Of a stretch of 64,000 bases of DNA, positions 1-13,370 are shown piece after piece (within the stretch, counting starts at the first letter, position 1; each line of letters begins with the position of its first letter). A program made the translations under genes and the position numbers. The DNA comes from Lingula anatina (Eukaryota > Animalia > Brachiopoda). The notes beneath the pieces are model-generated. The model saw only the letters and a list, made by a program, of their open reading frames with translations. It made no database searches and was not told the origin of the DNA. Where the stretch lies: positions 37,082,401 through 37,146,400 of the forward strand of contig CM120641.1 of the NCBI GenBank assembly GCA_051362555.1, given 5' to 3'.

Positions 1-2137
1 CATTACAGTGGAAGTATTTAAGGTTCTTTAGTGAAGCTATTTATGTTGTAGTTAGACAAAAACAACGTTAAGGCCAAGACCATTAGCAAGAATAGGAAAA
101 TCCTTTTGTCAATATCTTTAATTAATATTTCCATGCAATGTGTGTGTGTAATAGTGTTGCTAGGTTATAGATAAATAAAAGTTAATTTTTTTTCAGTTAT
201 ATTGTTTGAAACTGAATATCAGTGGATTAACCATTATATGCACCCATACCTAATTACGTTTTGTGTCATACTGTTTGTGGTAAGCAAAACTATAGATTTT
301 CAGCCTTATTTGGTTTTGCTATACCTAGTTGTACACATGTCGAAGGAATTTACATGCATTCATGAATGCATTACTATCCCTAATGAATATTTCATCCTAT
401 TACAACTCCATTTGTGAAAGACTTTTACATTACATGTAGATTATATATGGCCTCAATCACTGCTATAAATGAAATTATTATACTTATATGAATTAAATTG
501 CCGTAACACATTTTTGAATATGCACCTTTGTGTCCATGTCTTATTGCTACTATGAAAAAATTAATATATCCATATGTATTTTGTGGTAGTTACCTGACAC
601 CTGTCCAGTTTCCCTGAAGACTGGAATATAAGTAAGAAGCAGGAGTTACAGAAGGTTTTATGAGATGTACACCATTCAGAAAATAATATTTAACAACCAC
701 TAAAATGTACATTTCTTTGAAAATTGTCACACAAGCATGTTATGTGTTCTAAAGTTATCAAGTACAAATGCCATTTTTCATGAGTTTTGATTTGATTGAC
801 ATATCTGACACCTTAATAGGTATTATTTGATTGATTTCCAGGATTTATTCTGTTACACATGCGATCATTTTCTATAAACCAATGACTGACAGAAACTTTG
901 ATACAAATTAGAACAAGATTGTTTCCAAAAAGCTCATGTTTTGGTCACCGTCAGGTAATGCCTACCTATGCACAACAGTGTGCGTTTCTCTGCCTCCATT
1001 GTGAATGTGAATCTCGCTGTAACTCATCTTCTTAATCTAGTGAAATTATTAGGAATTGGTACCAGGTAGTAAGTAAGTAAGTAAGTAGGACGCCTCTTGC
1101 TTGTGTTCAAAACCTGTTGCCTCCCCAGTCTACAGCTATCAGATTGAGTGGTTTTACTGAAAATGCTGTCTGAAGAATCGACCAATCTCATACAAGCACG
1201 GGACTGATATGTGAAATCAATGTTCCAGCAGAGAGAGGGATAACATACATAATACAGATCTGCAGCATCATTTAAATCCTTTTTTATGATTAAGAGAATC
1301 CACAAAAGATTGTAGTTAATGACATGATCATTATCTTATAGTTAACATGTAGGTGTGTGTGGGTTAAAAACATAAAAAGAACACTTAAGCAACTCTTTAG
1401 AAATGGAATGCATGGGTTCTTTTTAAGCAACAGCTTCATTTTGCCTAATTCCATTCTTTTGATCCACAAAAAATGCTTGAATGTTCACTGGATTATTAAT
1501 TGGATCATAGACATCTTATTATATAACACCCAGGCTGAAATTATTGTTTAATTGCTGCCAGCTGTCAATTCACAGTTAAGAAACTTGGATACAGTGATAG
1601 TGGCTGTTTTACCTAGGCCATGATAATTTAGTGAAAAATTTAATCACTCTGTTTTTTTTTTTCCTTGGGCAAATTAAACATCTTTAACATTTAGAGAAGG
1701 GTCCATCTGTAAACACGAGCAATATGGATGGTAAAAAAGAATATCAAACATGGGATTAATTAAAAGAAGGATTTATTTAAAAAAATGAAAATAAAAAAAT
1801 AGATAAATAAATAATAAGTAAATAAATAAACTGCTGTAATATCAGATGCTTTTGATTTTACGAGACAAATATTGTCATCATTTAAGATTTCAAGGGCTAG
1901 AACATTTTAAGTACAGGGTATTCAATAATTGCTACTGAAAAAATAACTTGGCCATACAAAAATAGTAGATACTGGAAACCTTCTCCATGTGTTATTTGTG
2001 TGATTTTTCAGAAGATTGAAACTTGGGGTGTCAAAAACGTGACCAAGCTTGATTTAATTACACTCAGTGGCCAGCTGGGGTTAAATTTGTAACTAGCCAT
2101 GATGAAATTATAGATGCAGCAAATCAAATCAAATGTT

Positions 2138-2139
<2 letters not shown>

Positions 2140-2178
<39 letters not shown>
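2140..2178. repeat. (GA)n microsatellite
   Basis: Seen directly. Confidence 0.95.
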
Positions 2179-2817
2179 CAATTATGTAAGTTACCAGACT
2201 CCACCCCTTGGGGCAATTTTTTATAAACAAATGCTCTTTTGCTACCTCCACTTCTCATTTACTATAAATTATGTCATAATTTTGACACAACTATCAAAAG
2301 TACATTATATTAATGAAAGATTATTGAAGAGGGCAGGGGTGGGGGGTGGCCTTTGGAGTAAGAAGGGAGCAGAATCTCAGTGTCTTCTATGGCATATCTT
2401 ACAAATGTATTGGAAAGAATTATACCTGCAGGATGTACCAGAAATCTATCAATTTAGATTTTACCTCATGTGCCATGGAATAAAACAATTACTCCCACTG
2501 ATTATTCTGATCTGTACAGAGTAATGGTGTGCAAAACCACGCAATTTGCTTTTATTGTTTTTTATCAGAATTTGATTGAAAAAATGTTCAAATACCACTG
2601 CAGTGTCAAAGAAATCTCCCGTGTTAGTAAGATATTAATTGAAGTTATTCATTTGGACATTCAGACCAGTTATTGCTGTAATTTGGCATATTCAAACAAT
2701 CAGTAACACAGCCCACAAATCTTCCTCAGATACGTCTCCGGGGCATTCAAAGCATGAAGATTGAAAAAAGCTCATTCTGTTCAACAAAGATAGACTAAAC
2801 AGAATTCTCATTATTAA

Positions 2818-3155
2818 AGGGATAAGAACTCTTCGTATGAGATCTATATTTCACAATAAAAACATTGTGAATAACTCATAGAAATATAATATATTCTGTT
2901 TTACCACAAAATTGGCAGTTATAGCTATTATTCTGATATCTGAGCTTGTCTTTAGACCACGTGACATCCATTGATGGCTTTACTCTGTTAAAATCTCTTA
3001 AGAGATTTTAACAAAAAAACCAAACTTTTTAGAAAAAAACCAGGGACTAACTTTGAATGTAAAAATGGATTCATTAACCATTGGTAAGTATGGGAAAATT
3101 GTTGTTTACTCCAGGAAAATTCATTTTTTGGCCGAAATGAAGAGTTACTATCCCT
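2818..3155. mobile_element. Kolobok/T2-type MITE, family E copy 1
   Basis: TTAA|AGGGATAAGAACTCTTC...GAAGAGTTACTATCCCT|TTAA; internal palindrome GTTAAAATCTCTTAAGAGATTTTAAC; further copies in the window. Confidence 0.85.
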
Positions 3156-5823
3156 TTAATTTCTTTTTATTTCTTTTTTGCCATGCTTTATGCATTTTAA
3201 GAGGTATGGTGCATTTTATGGTTATTAATGTATTATTGTTCACATATATTATTATTTTATCAAAATGTGTAAAATGATTGCCTGTGGCATGCGTTAAAGT
3301 TCAACCCCTTTAACATTTGAAAGTGACGTCTTTGTACTGCATGCGTATATCATAATCTGCTTTGACTTGATCATTTTCTTTGATCTACTGAGAGAATAGT
3401 TTGTGGAGAAAATGCAATTATGGCTTGCTTAGATTCATGAGAAAGTTAAAGGGTGGAAACAGCTATTTGTGCTTGATGCAACCCATACTTGAATTGACAG
3501 CAAGTATAGTGACAGAGTAATTTTGAATTCTGATTGGTACTCTGAAAAGGCAAATGAGGGTGACATTTGGATCTTTTTGAAAGAATTAGGCTGGCAATTG
3601 GCTCTTTGTTATAAATGAGGTTGGCTCAGAAGCAGTATTTAAAACTTGTCTCTTTGACCTTACTGTTATCTGATAGACATAGACTATGGGTTTTTTTGTC
3701 TTAAATTTTCTTTTCAAATAGATTGTTCTAATGTCTCTAGTGGATGTTACTTCCCCTTTAATTAATGATATTATTGCCCCAAAATTGCTCTTGACCAAGT
3801 TGAGAATGCAAGAAATGAATGTAACCTTTCACTTGGTTTAAACCAAGTGAGGAAAAAATGGACTTTAAAAGGTATATTTATCAGCCATTTTTATGACATC
3901 CCCTGTGTACATAAGGAGGGTACACTGAGTAGAGTAATCTATTTACATCTACAGATGCAGGTTTTCTTTCCATTTGTGTGCAATGCGTATATTTACATAC
4001 ATGGGGTAGGTTATTAGAGAAATTGGCCTTTTTTGGTATTAAACAGTCATGATTTTGGGCCAATTGGTGTATTTTCAGAGGTTTAGCAATTGTCTTTTTC
4101 ATAAACCAATATATAATCCTTTACAAGCATTTAACTTTACAGAAAAAAAAAGATTATCTTGAAGCTTGAAGTATGTACCCAGATGGTAAAACATACCCCC
4201 CCCCCCAAACACACACCCACATACACAGCCTTATTGATCCCTAATTATAGAAGGCGTCTAATAGATTATGACATTTTCACCAAATGCTTTAGAATGAATT
4301 ATTCACTAAGTGATCATTTGGCTATGAATAGTAAGTTAAATGAGTAAACAGAAAAGATACAAGTATGCCCCCAATTTTTTATTTAAAAGAACAAATACAG
4401 ATCAAAGAATTCAAAGCTCAATTACTGACTGCTTTGAAATCACAAAAGGACAAAATATCTTACCTATATCATACATATTATTTTAAAATCACATTGTGGT
4501 ACATTTTAAACAAGACATCATTTTGTCTACTCTGAACTGTGTTTGATGGTGCTTGAACATTGCAGAAAATATCTTTGCTTGTGATTTAACACTCTCAAGA
4601 GGAAATATGAAGAGGAAGTGAGCTACTTCTCTAAAGATATGATGTTGAATTGATATGTTCATGTTCAAGATGGATCCGTTATCATCAGTTGGGTTCAATC
4701 CTTATTGTAATAATCGCCCAGATACATTTTGCAGAATCATGTTTTTTTTTTATTTTTATTAATTTTTTTACTTAAATAAACTGGATAATGAACAATTCTA
4801 CTACTATGTACTTCATGTTTAGAAGATGGCTTTATTTTTTCTCCCCTTTGATTCATCTGTTCCTTCTCATTTTTTTTTACTTTAAAAAGTCTCCAATGGA
4901 TATCGGTTCCAATTTTTGATTTTGAAGTTAATATGTCCATTTTGCTTGCAGTTCCCTTTTTTAAACCTTCCAAAGTGTCAAACCTGTACTTTACAGGGTG
5001 CCCATGTAAGATTCACCTTTTTTTTGTAATAAATGTCTTATTTTACCAGTATTTAATATGCATAAATTTATCCTGAATTGTACCATATATTTGATAAAAA
5101 AGTAACCTACTATCTTGCCATTCAAAATCTCCATTATAAAATGCAACTGAGGCATAGGAGTGTATCAGCAATCATTTTCTCATTTTTTTTATTTAATTGG
5201 TTATCTGTCCATCTTGTTACATAGATCATCAATGATAGTAGGATGATATTTAGTTATTATTCACACCAAATTATTATAGACCAAATATTTGCCCTGTGTA
5301 AACAGTTCTTTATATCTCTTTGCCCCATATATGTTTCAGGGTTTATTACAGATAAACTAATATTGTGTGGTTCAGGGGAAAAATGTTATTAACTTTGAAG
5401 TTCAATAGCTTCAACAGTTTTGTAGATATTACAATGAATTTGAGGTATTTAAGGAAAATGATGTTTTTAATAAATTTCATGATTTCATGACTCTATATCT
5501 TTCTAAGTTTTGACACACCAAAAAAATTAAAATCTTAAGTAAAAAAAGAAGCCATGCCAGCTTATGTGACTTCTGACAGGTGCCAGCGTCTGACAGTGAT
5601 GACACCTGTTATTGTGGTATTGATGATATCAAAACATTTTCACTTGAAACACTTGAAATTTTCAGGGCTGACCAATAATAATGTATCTAAAATCTGCAAA
5701 TTTAAATTTCAATTCAAAAGTTTGTGCACTGTTGAAGTCTTTGAACTTAGAAATTGGAAAGGTGTTTTTTAGCAACCCAGTGTAAAGTGAGTGCATAAAA
5801 ATAAAATTAAACAAAAACAAATA

Positions 5824-6060
5824 GGGCTTGCAACTATCGTTTTATGTAGATCAACCCAACTCCATGGGGACTCATGCAAAATTAACTAGATTACCACGAC
5901 TCCTCTTACTTCCAATGTACTTGTATAATCACCAGCTTTTCTGTATTTTATTCAGTGCCAGGAGGAAGTGTGTTAATCTGTTAAACTGATTGCACTCAGT
6001 GAGAGTCCCTGGAGTTGGATCGGTCTACATAGACCAATTTATTTCTAATGTGAATGCGCC
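5824..6060. mobile_element. Harbinger-type MITE, family D (degenerate left end)
   Basis: Internal inverted arms GATCAACCCAACTCC..GGAGTTGGATCGGTC; core similar to 43519-43758 and 61370-61630; ends GAATGCGCC|TTA. Confidence 0.65.
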
Positions 6061-6350
6061 TTAAGTTTGTGCTGGAATTTGGCCCGTGGTGGCCTACTCT
6101 TTATTTTGAATAGAACCCATGAATTAATCTGAAAGAACATGACTGAAAACAATAGTATGCATACATTCCAACCTATCAACAAACTTGATGATCAAAAGCA
6201 CCCCACTTCTTTATACTGGGCATGGAAGACTAGGTGTAAGGACCCCTATTTTTAAATTAATTCATTTCAAAATGTAGCATATTAGTTTTATTACTCACAT
6301 ATTGTGGATCTTGAAAAATTTGTGTTTTAGTGTTTTAGTTTCATAACTAA

Positions 6351-6481
6351 GGCCGCATTCACAACAGCGGACTATTAGATCCACAGATCAAATATGGCAA
6401 CGGGGATTATGCACCAAGCATTCAAGTGGGTCGGCCATATTTGATTCGCCGATCTGTTAGTCTGCTGTTACGAATGGGACC
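6351..6481. mobile_element. Harbinger-type MITE, family B
   Basis: TAA|GGCCGCATTC...GAATGGGACC|TAA; arms GATCAAATATGGC / GCCATATTTGATT. Confidence 0.8.
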
Positions 6482-8226
6482 TAAGTCATATACTTCAGGC
6501 TGTATTAATTTGCTATATAATTCACTTTATTGGCAGTTGATCAACTCAAAAATTTGAATATTTGACTACTGATATAACCTAGAATTTTGACTTTGAGTTT
6601 ATTAGTTCTAGCTTGCTACAGAATACCCAAGATATCTTTTACTACTTATTTAACACATTTACTCAGTAGCTTTTGATAAAGAAGATAAATTGAGTGATAA
6701 ATATGAAGAAAGACTTCTAGCACATTGTTTCAAATATTGCTTAAAAGCCCTTCAAATATTGCTTCAAAGCAAAAGTTCAAAAGCAAATGAAGGAAAATGA
6801 ACATTTAGTGCCCTTGGCAGTATGTTATCTAGGTACTAGCTACAGATAGTGATTTTAAGCTTGCATGGAATAACTGAACTTGTCAGCAAAACAATAAAGT
6901 ATGTGTATTATTGAGTATTGGCATGGTAGAATCCTAACAGACTTTGAAGTAGCTGTTTCAGTGGAAAAGTTTTTTGAAGGCTCAGCTATCAAAGTGTAGC
7001 AAAGTGCACCCCTCTTTTGAGGGTATTGAAAAGATGACCCAATAGCAAATATCTCACTTGTTGCTTTATGGACTACGCCCTTGTTTAAAGTGCATAATTA
7101 TCAGGAAAATGTGTCATCTTTGATGAACATCTAATGAGATTGTTCTTGAATAGCTACAGTTGAACATTAAAAGTTCAGTTACCTCAGAGGTCACTATTAC
7201 TTCAGATTATGTTTATGATGCATTTCTCCTCAGTTTTGATTTTATTATCAGTGTGCCACTAGACATTTGAGGATCAAAACTAATTTCAGCACCAGTGGCT
7301 TTCATTTGTAGCCCTTGATCAGCAGAAGTGCTTTTCACCCACATCTTCACTCATAGAAAGATTTAAAAAATGGAGTTAAATTTTTTATGTTTTGCTTCAG
7401 AGATCAGTTTCTGCTTTTTTAGTAACAATTAAGGCACAGTGGGGGCCATTAAGAGCTAGAAGAATAGCTAAATTGCCTTAGTCATCATAAAAAAGACAAA
7501 GGTTTTGAGAGTGTATTTTGGCAATAAATCACAAATGGAATTACTTCAGATAAAAATCAGTTGTGTAAGCTCTCAAGGCAAGCTATTATAGGTATATAAC
7601 ATGGCTCTTCCTTTTAAAGAAACTAGTAAAAGGATGGGACTTATTCTTCAGGGACATAGAGATGCATCATACAAACTTTTTATGTCTATGACCAATGTGT
7701 TTTTTAAAATCAGTATGTGTGATGGAATTCAAATAATTCATTTGAGGAGTGCAGTCTGAAGGGTTTTTTATGCCTGTAGTAGAAAGCACCAGAGTCAATA
7801 TCTCAATAATTAACCTGTTAATTTTATCCATATATAATACTTCAAATATATGTAGATAGTGTGATAAGTTAAATCTAACCATTTTTTACTATCTGATGTT
7901 AACCACTGTGCATGATATCAAGTCTTCCCTTCTCTTAAATTTATAGTAGCTTTATCTTTTTCTTTAAGAAGCCTAATTAAGTTGATTTTCATCTTTAGTG
8001 CACCTAATTTGAGCCTGTCGGGCACATATTCATTACCCTTGGGCACATGACATTTGCAGATGACACAATTATTGCCAAACTTTAAAGCATCATCGTCTTG
8101 ACAAAGATTGCAAATCATATCTAAAATGATTCTCCATTTCAAATTATTTCAAACTGTGGACTAGCAAATTAATTTTCAGTCAGTTATGGAAGAATTGCAG
8201 TAATAGTACATGGAATGATCAACCTG

Positions 8227-8372
8227 GGCTCCGTATCTCGAAAGGTTCGCTATGTTGCGCACGTGCGCAAGCGTCTCGATTCCATGGCCCTGTATCTCGA
8301 AATAGAATCGGTTATGGAATCGAGACACTTGCGCACGTGTGCAACATAGCAAACCTTTCAAGATACGGAGCC
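8227..8372. mobile_element. palindromic MITE (Harbinger-like; CTG/CAA flanks)
   Basis: ~58-bp near-perfect arms GGCTCCGTATCTCGAAAGGTT.. / ..AACCTTTCAAGATACGGAGCC; CpG-rich against the AT-rich background. Confidence 0.8.
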
Positions 8373-10430
8373 CAATTAACAATGTCACACACTACATTTG
8401 AAAATCTAGTATATTAGTAAAGTTGATCAAGATTCAAAACTGGTTGGCAATTTATTTAATAGAGTAAGATGTTCTATTGAGGGGGGTGGGGGGTGCATAT
8501 ATTCATTGATGAACCAGTCCATACCAGACATTGAAGCTCATTGTAGCTATGCCTGGTCTTGTTTCTAAATTGATTCTCAACAAGACAGTGCAGTCAACTT
8601 GTGCTTTCAAATTGGTGTTTAAACCCATTTAAGCGTGCTGGGGGCAATCTAGAATGGTGATTAAATATAAATGTAGAATGGGGTTTATATCGAGTAACAT
8701 GAAACAGATATTGATAAAAAATCTGCGCCATCTTTCTTGCACTGATATTTGTAAAGATATATCAGAGATCTCCTTGAAACAAACTAATAGTCAACAGCAT
8801 GATGGTACTTAATCTTAAACTACCTTGGCTTCTGACAAAGGATTAGAAGAGCTTATATTTTCCTGTATATGACTGCAGATGTGTATTTGTACCTGTACTT
8901 TACCAACAATCTATTTTTTTACTTATGAAGAACTCCAAACCACATTTGGACACCTGTGCATTATAAGATGGAAAAAAAAAAGTTTGTAAAAATACAAAAT
9001 ATATTACTGTTAAAAATAAAGCCTTACCTTTGCTTCATTTTTTGCCTGAAGCTGTTGAACAGATATAGTGTCTTTTGAAGAATGTTTGATGAGAGCACGT
9101 ATCAAACAACTCTGACCACACTGTGCAAATGTTGCTACACGTTAACGGAATAATAAATGAATTACTGGTTGTTTAAGTTGTACGTGTAAGCAGGTGACTT
9201 TTCATTTCCGTCTAGCATCTGACTCCTAATCCAATTTTTGGTTCTTGTCAGTCAAAACATTTTAAATCTAATCATGTATAAATGGTATATAAAAAGAAAC
9301 CTTTGCAGTATCACATGAAGACCTTTTTGGGATTCTGAGAGACTTGGACGAATTTTTGAGACAGCAGATCTCAGGAAATTACTTATAGCTAAATGGTTTC
9401 CATTCTAATTTTAACATGGCTATCAGCAAAAAGGAAGGTTTTGGTAGCATTTGATTTTCAGTCACCATATCATTCATGTTGTAAACTATTCATTCTTCAG
9501 AAATGACCAACCAGAAATAGTTTTTCACTTGAGATGAATCAGATGATGAATACTTTGGATGTATGGGTTCTCTGTTAAACAGTGCGATAAGAGATGATTC
9601 AATTTCGTTTGAACCTATGTGGTCATCTTTTGCTTTAGTAAGATATGGATATTCGTTATAAAATGTGTAAACATTTTTTTGCGAGAAACCTGTTTCAACC
9701 ACGTCTCATTAAAAAAAAACAATGATAATAATAGAGTGTTTCCTAATGTGATTTCCAACTAAGAAGGAAAGTAAGACAAAGATAGGTCTTATTTTCATCT
9801 AAGAATTACTTATCTCACTTTTCCAAATACATTCCAAATGCATTTTTCATTACTATTTTATCCTAGAAGGAATAAATGAGATAAATAAAAAAAAATTAAA
9901 TTAATGATCAAAATAACATATTAAAAAATATGATGATTATTACATATGTAGTGTAGATTATGATCTTACATCTGTTATTTTCCGTTATTTTGAGGTCTGA
10001 CCAAATTCATTTTTGACCAATGACTTCATCTCCAAACATAATATTGACTTATGAAGTAATCACTATTTATTGACCAATCAGAGGAAAGGACAGTAATAAC
10101 TGATCAGTCAGGGGGTAACAATATCAGATGACAGCCATGTTACAACTTTTGATATTATTAAAGAGAACAATGACAATTAAGTATTAAGTTAAATAGCATT
10201 TAGCAATTATTGAATTTTGCTTTCTGTCAGTATGTTGTTTTGCAGACCTTAGAAAAGTAATGTTGACCTAAGCCGCATGCAGAAATTGTATATTAAAGAT
10301 TTTGAAAATAATTGTAATGCTAGATTCGAATTACCAAATCCTAGACAAAATATACAAGTACGAGTAATTATGATAAATGTGAATTTAAATAGAAAATAAT
10401 AAAATGATTTTTTTTTGTTTTTTTTTCTAG

Positions 10431-10598
10431 ACTGTAATAGCCAGTGTTCCAGACCTAGAATGTGGATTCTCAAGGGATTTATTTTTGGACTGGTGCACCA
10501 ACAGCAAAAACAGCATCATCCTCACCAACAGAACATCCCCTGGAACCCTTGCCAGGCGCCTAATAGACAATCCTTCCCAGAAGTCCCTCCTTCTAGAG
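10431..10598 (+). CDS. CPSF2: CPSF2 internal exon (first seen in window; beta-CASP region)
   Basis: ttttctag|ACT..GAG|gtaag, 168 nt. Translates [56 protein letters not shown], matching from memory the CPSF100 segment [41 protein letters not shown]. Upstream exons lie outside the window. Confidence 0.95.
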
Positions 10599-10718
10599 GT
10601 AAGATGACCCATATAGACATTTTCTGTTGCCTGGTTCTGACTAACAAGTGTTATTTTAAAGATTGTTGATCTTCTCTTTAACTTGATTCCATGATAAGTA
10701 CATGAAATATACAGTTAT

Positions 10719-10887
10719 CAGGGGCAGATCCAGAGATATTTTCTGGCAGTCTTCCAAATTATTTTCGTTGATCCATCCTCCATTTTTGACCGTCTTCCCA
10801 CAGAAAAAAATTAAATACCCATCAATGTAAACTTGAAAACCTGACTGTCTTCCGGAAGACCCAGAAGACGGCCTAAATCCGCCCCTG
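10719..10887 (+). mobile_element. CAGGGGCGGAT-terminal MITE, family F copy 1
   Basis: GTTAT|CAGGGGCAGAT...ATCCGCCCCTG|GTTAT (5-bp TSD). Confidence 0.9.
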
Positions 10888-11392
10888 GTTATAAGGGGCA
10901 TTATTTTACTACCCAATAATCAATGTTCTTCTTTTACTAGCACGTATACACCTGTTTCTTAACAGTAGAGTTCTTTTAAGAAACATCTGTTAAAACATAT
11001 GGCATTGACCTGAATTATATATGCCAAGGTCAGTTGAAAAACTATGTCAACCACAGTTTCTATGAATTTGGCACAGTTTTCTTAACTCAGCTAAAAGATA
11101 ACTTTGAATTGAAATGATGGATTCATGAACAAATCAGTTAATTTCACAAGGACTCTTAAGTGACTTCAAGCAAAAAATTAGGAACATATCAAATACACCT
11201 CATCAAGTTGCTGTAACAAGACACTTATGCACATCTACAGCATAAAGATTGTTTATAAAAAATTACCTGAAAATTTTTGCAAACCACTGTATAATAACAG
11301 TTCTGGAAAGACCAACAGCGAGTGCTTATTTTCTGAACATTGAGAGAAAAGGATACGAATCCAAAAGCACATTTGTAGTATGCATGCACGTG

Positions 11393-11452
11393 CACACACA
11401 CACACACACACACACAATCACACACACACACACGCATACATGCACATGCACA
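11393..11452. repeat. (CA)n microsatellite, imperfect
   Basis: Seen directly. Confidence 0.9.
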
Positions 11453-12372
11453 GACATAAACTCTTTCAGCTTTCTAAATGTGAAATATGTAGGATAAAAA
11501 ACATTCCCTTTGCCATTGTTCAAAATATCAAAAAGAACTGCTCAGTTGCTATTGCTCCTAACTGTGACAGTGAAAACATTTAATGTCTCATAAATACAGA
11601 CATTTAATATCTCATAAATACAGGGAACTGTTCTTTGTTTAGTACTTAATTACAAAAAAAAAAAAATAAATAAAATAAAATAAAAAAAATAAATCAATAA
11701 ATAAATAAAATAAAACAGTAATCTTGAAAATCTGTCAGCAAATATATGCATATTTTTGTTTGGCATCAGGTATGAAGCCCTGATGGCATAAACATTGTAG
11801 ATAGTCAATAGTGTATATATAAACCATACAGATATGCTTATGTTATTAGTAATGACTGCGTTTGTGTAGTTTCTTTCTACCATCATTTGATTTGAAACAG
11901 TTTCAAATCCCTTATGAACTCCATATGTTTTAAATGCCATATTTTAAAGTGGTACCATATTTCTAATTTGGATATTGTGATTTGCTCTATTTCAGTGCAG
12001 GCTTCAATCTATTCATTGTGCTTCAGTGATAACAGTACTGCACTTTGTCTGTGATAGAATCATGATAGTTCTTTGCTCTTATTATCCAGACTCTTACTCC
12101 TTTGGAATTAGTTTATATATGCAAAAAAGTTGTGAGGAAGGTACTCTGTTGTAGTTGGAGCATCAAGCGTCTCAGATTATCGTCATCCATGGAACTTGCC
12201 CCATGCCAATACATCATTATTTTCATAATAATGATTGCATCTTTTTTTTCTTTGCTGCAATGAAAATCACATTAAGGGAAGTTATTTTTCAAGCATTCGT
12301 AGGATCATTTTTGAAGTAAATTGCTATATAAATCCCTTTAGGCTTTAAACTCACAAAACTCATGCTCACTAA

Positions 12373-12557
12373 GGCTGCATTCACCATAGCAGACTAACTA
12401 GTCTGAGGGCTGAATATAGCAATCCATTTATAAGCTTGCCACCTAATCACCTAATAGACACTGAATAGATTCCTCGCTGGGATTATGCAAAAAGCATTCA
12501 AGTGGGCACGCCATATTTGATCCACAGATTAGTTAGTCTGCTATTGTGAATGCCACT
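12373..12557. mobile_element. Harbinger-type MITE, family B
   Basis: TAA|GGCTGCATTCACCATAGCAGACTAACTA...TAGTTAGTCTGCTATTGTGAATGCCACT|TTA; core shared with 6351-6481. Confidence 0.85.
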
Positions 12558-12560
12558 TTA

Positions 12561-13370
12561 GACCGTATTCACAACGATTTGAGCTAGGCTTTACAAATCC
12601 TGGGACTACATATGGCGGACGTACATGAAAGGAAAACCGCCTAATCTTTTAATAGTCTCTCCGCCTCTCACACGCCTCCCCACACGCCTCCCCACACGCC
12701 TCCCCACACGCCTCCCCACACGTCGTCCCTGCTGGGTACAGTCATTAAATCTCGGCTCCGTTCGCCATGTGGAAGCTACCTGAGAAAAAGGAATGAATTG
12801 GCCGTAGAGCAGCTATGAATCGGGATCAAAATCATGAACCCCCCCCCCCCCCCCTTCCAGTTCGATCAGGCGTAGGGAACAAGGCAAACATCAGCATCAG
12901 AACGAACTGCGCCCTCTGACGAGACCGCATACGCAAAAATTCTGCCCTCCTCCTCCTCCGTCTACTGGGGCTGGGTATCTCTGTGAATATTGCTGTGAAT
13001 ATCTCTGGTGACATTATCTCCATAGATAGCCGATTCATTGCTGCTCTACGGGCCAATTCATTTCTTTTTCGTTTCTGTTTTGAAAGATAACAGAACAGAA
13101 GAGCTTTTTTCCTTCAATCGCCTCCAGCCGCCATGCTTTCTTCACCTCGCGTTTAATTGATGAGCATGCGCACTTAATATTTCTCAGGTAGCTTTCGCAT
13201 GGCGAATGGAGCTGAGATTTAATGACTGTACCCCGCAGGGACAACGTGTGGGGAGGTGTGTGAGAGGCAGAGAGACTATTAAAAGATTAGGCGGTTTTCC
13301 TTTCATGTACATCCACCATATTTAGTCCCAGGATTTGTAAAGCCTGGCTCAAATTGTTGTGAATGCGGTC
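12561..13370. mobile_element. long-TIR non-autonomous Harbinger derivative (family C)
   Basis: TTA|GACCGTATTCACAAC...GTTGTGAATGCGGTC|TAA; inverted arms of about 200 bp; internal minus-strand ORF remnant RRRRRRAEFLRMRSRQRAQFVLMLMFALF. Confidence 0.9.

Noticed and set aside
2114-2524. 136-aa ORF
   Set aside because: Runs through a (GA)n microsatellite; no recognisable domain.
1-10430. Further upstream CPSF2 exons
   Set aside because: Looked by eye for the expected EWMSDK/NPFQF-type peptides and found none; a small exon could have been missed.
12671-12722. CRISPR-like array
   Set aside because: Contiguous 12-bp tandem units with no spacers, in eukaryotic DNA.
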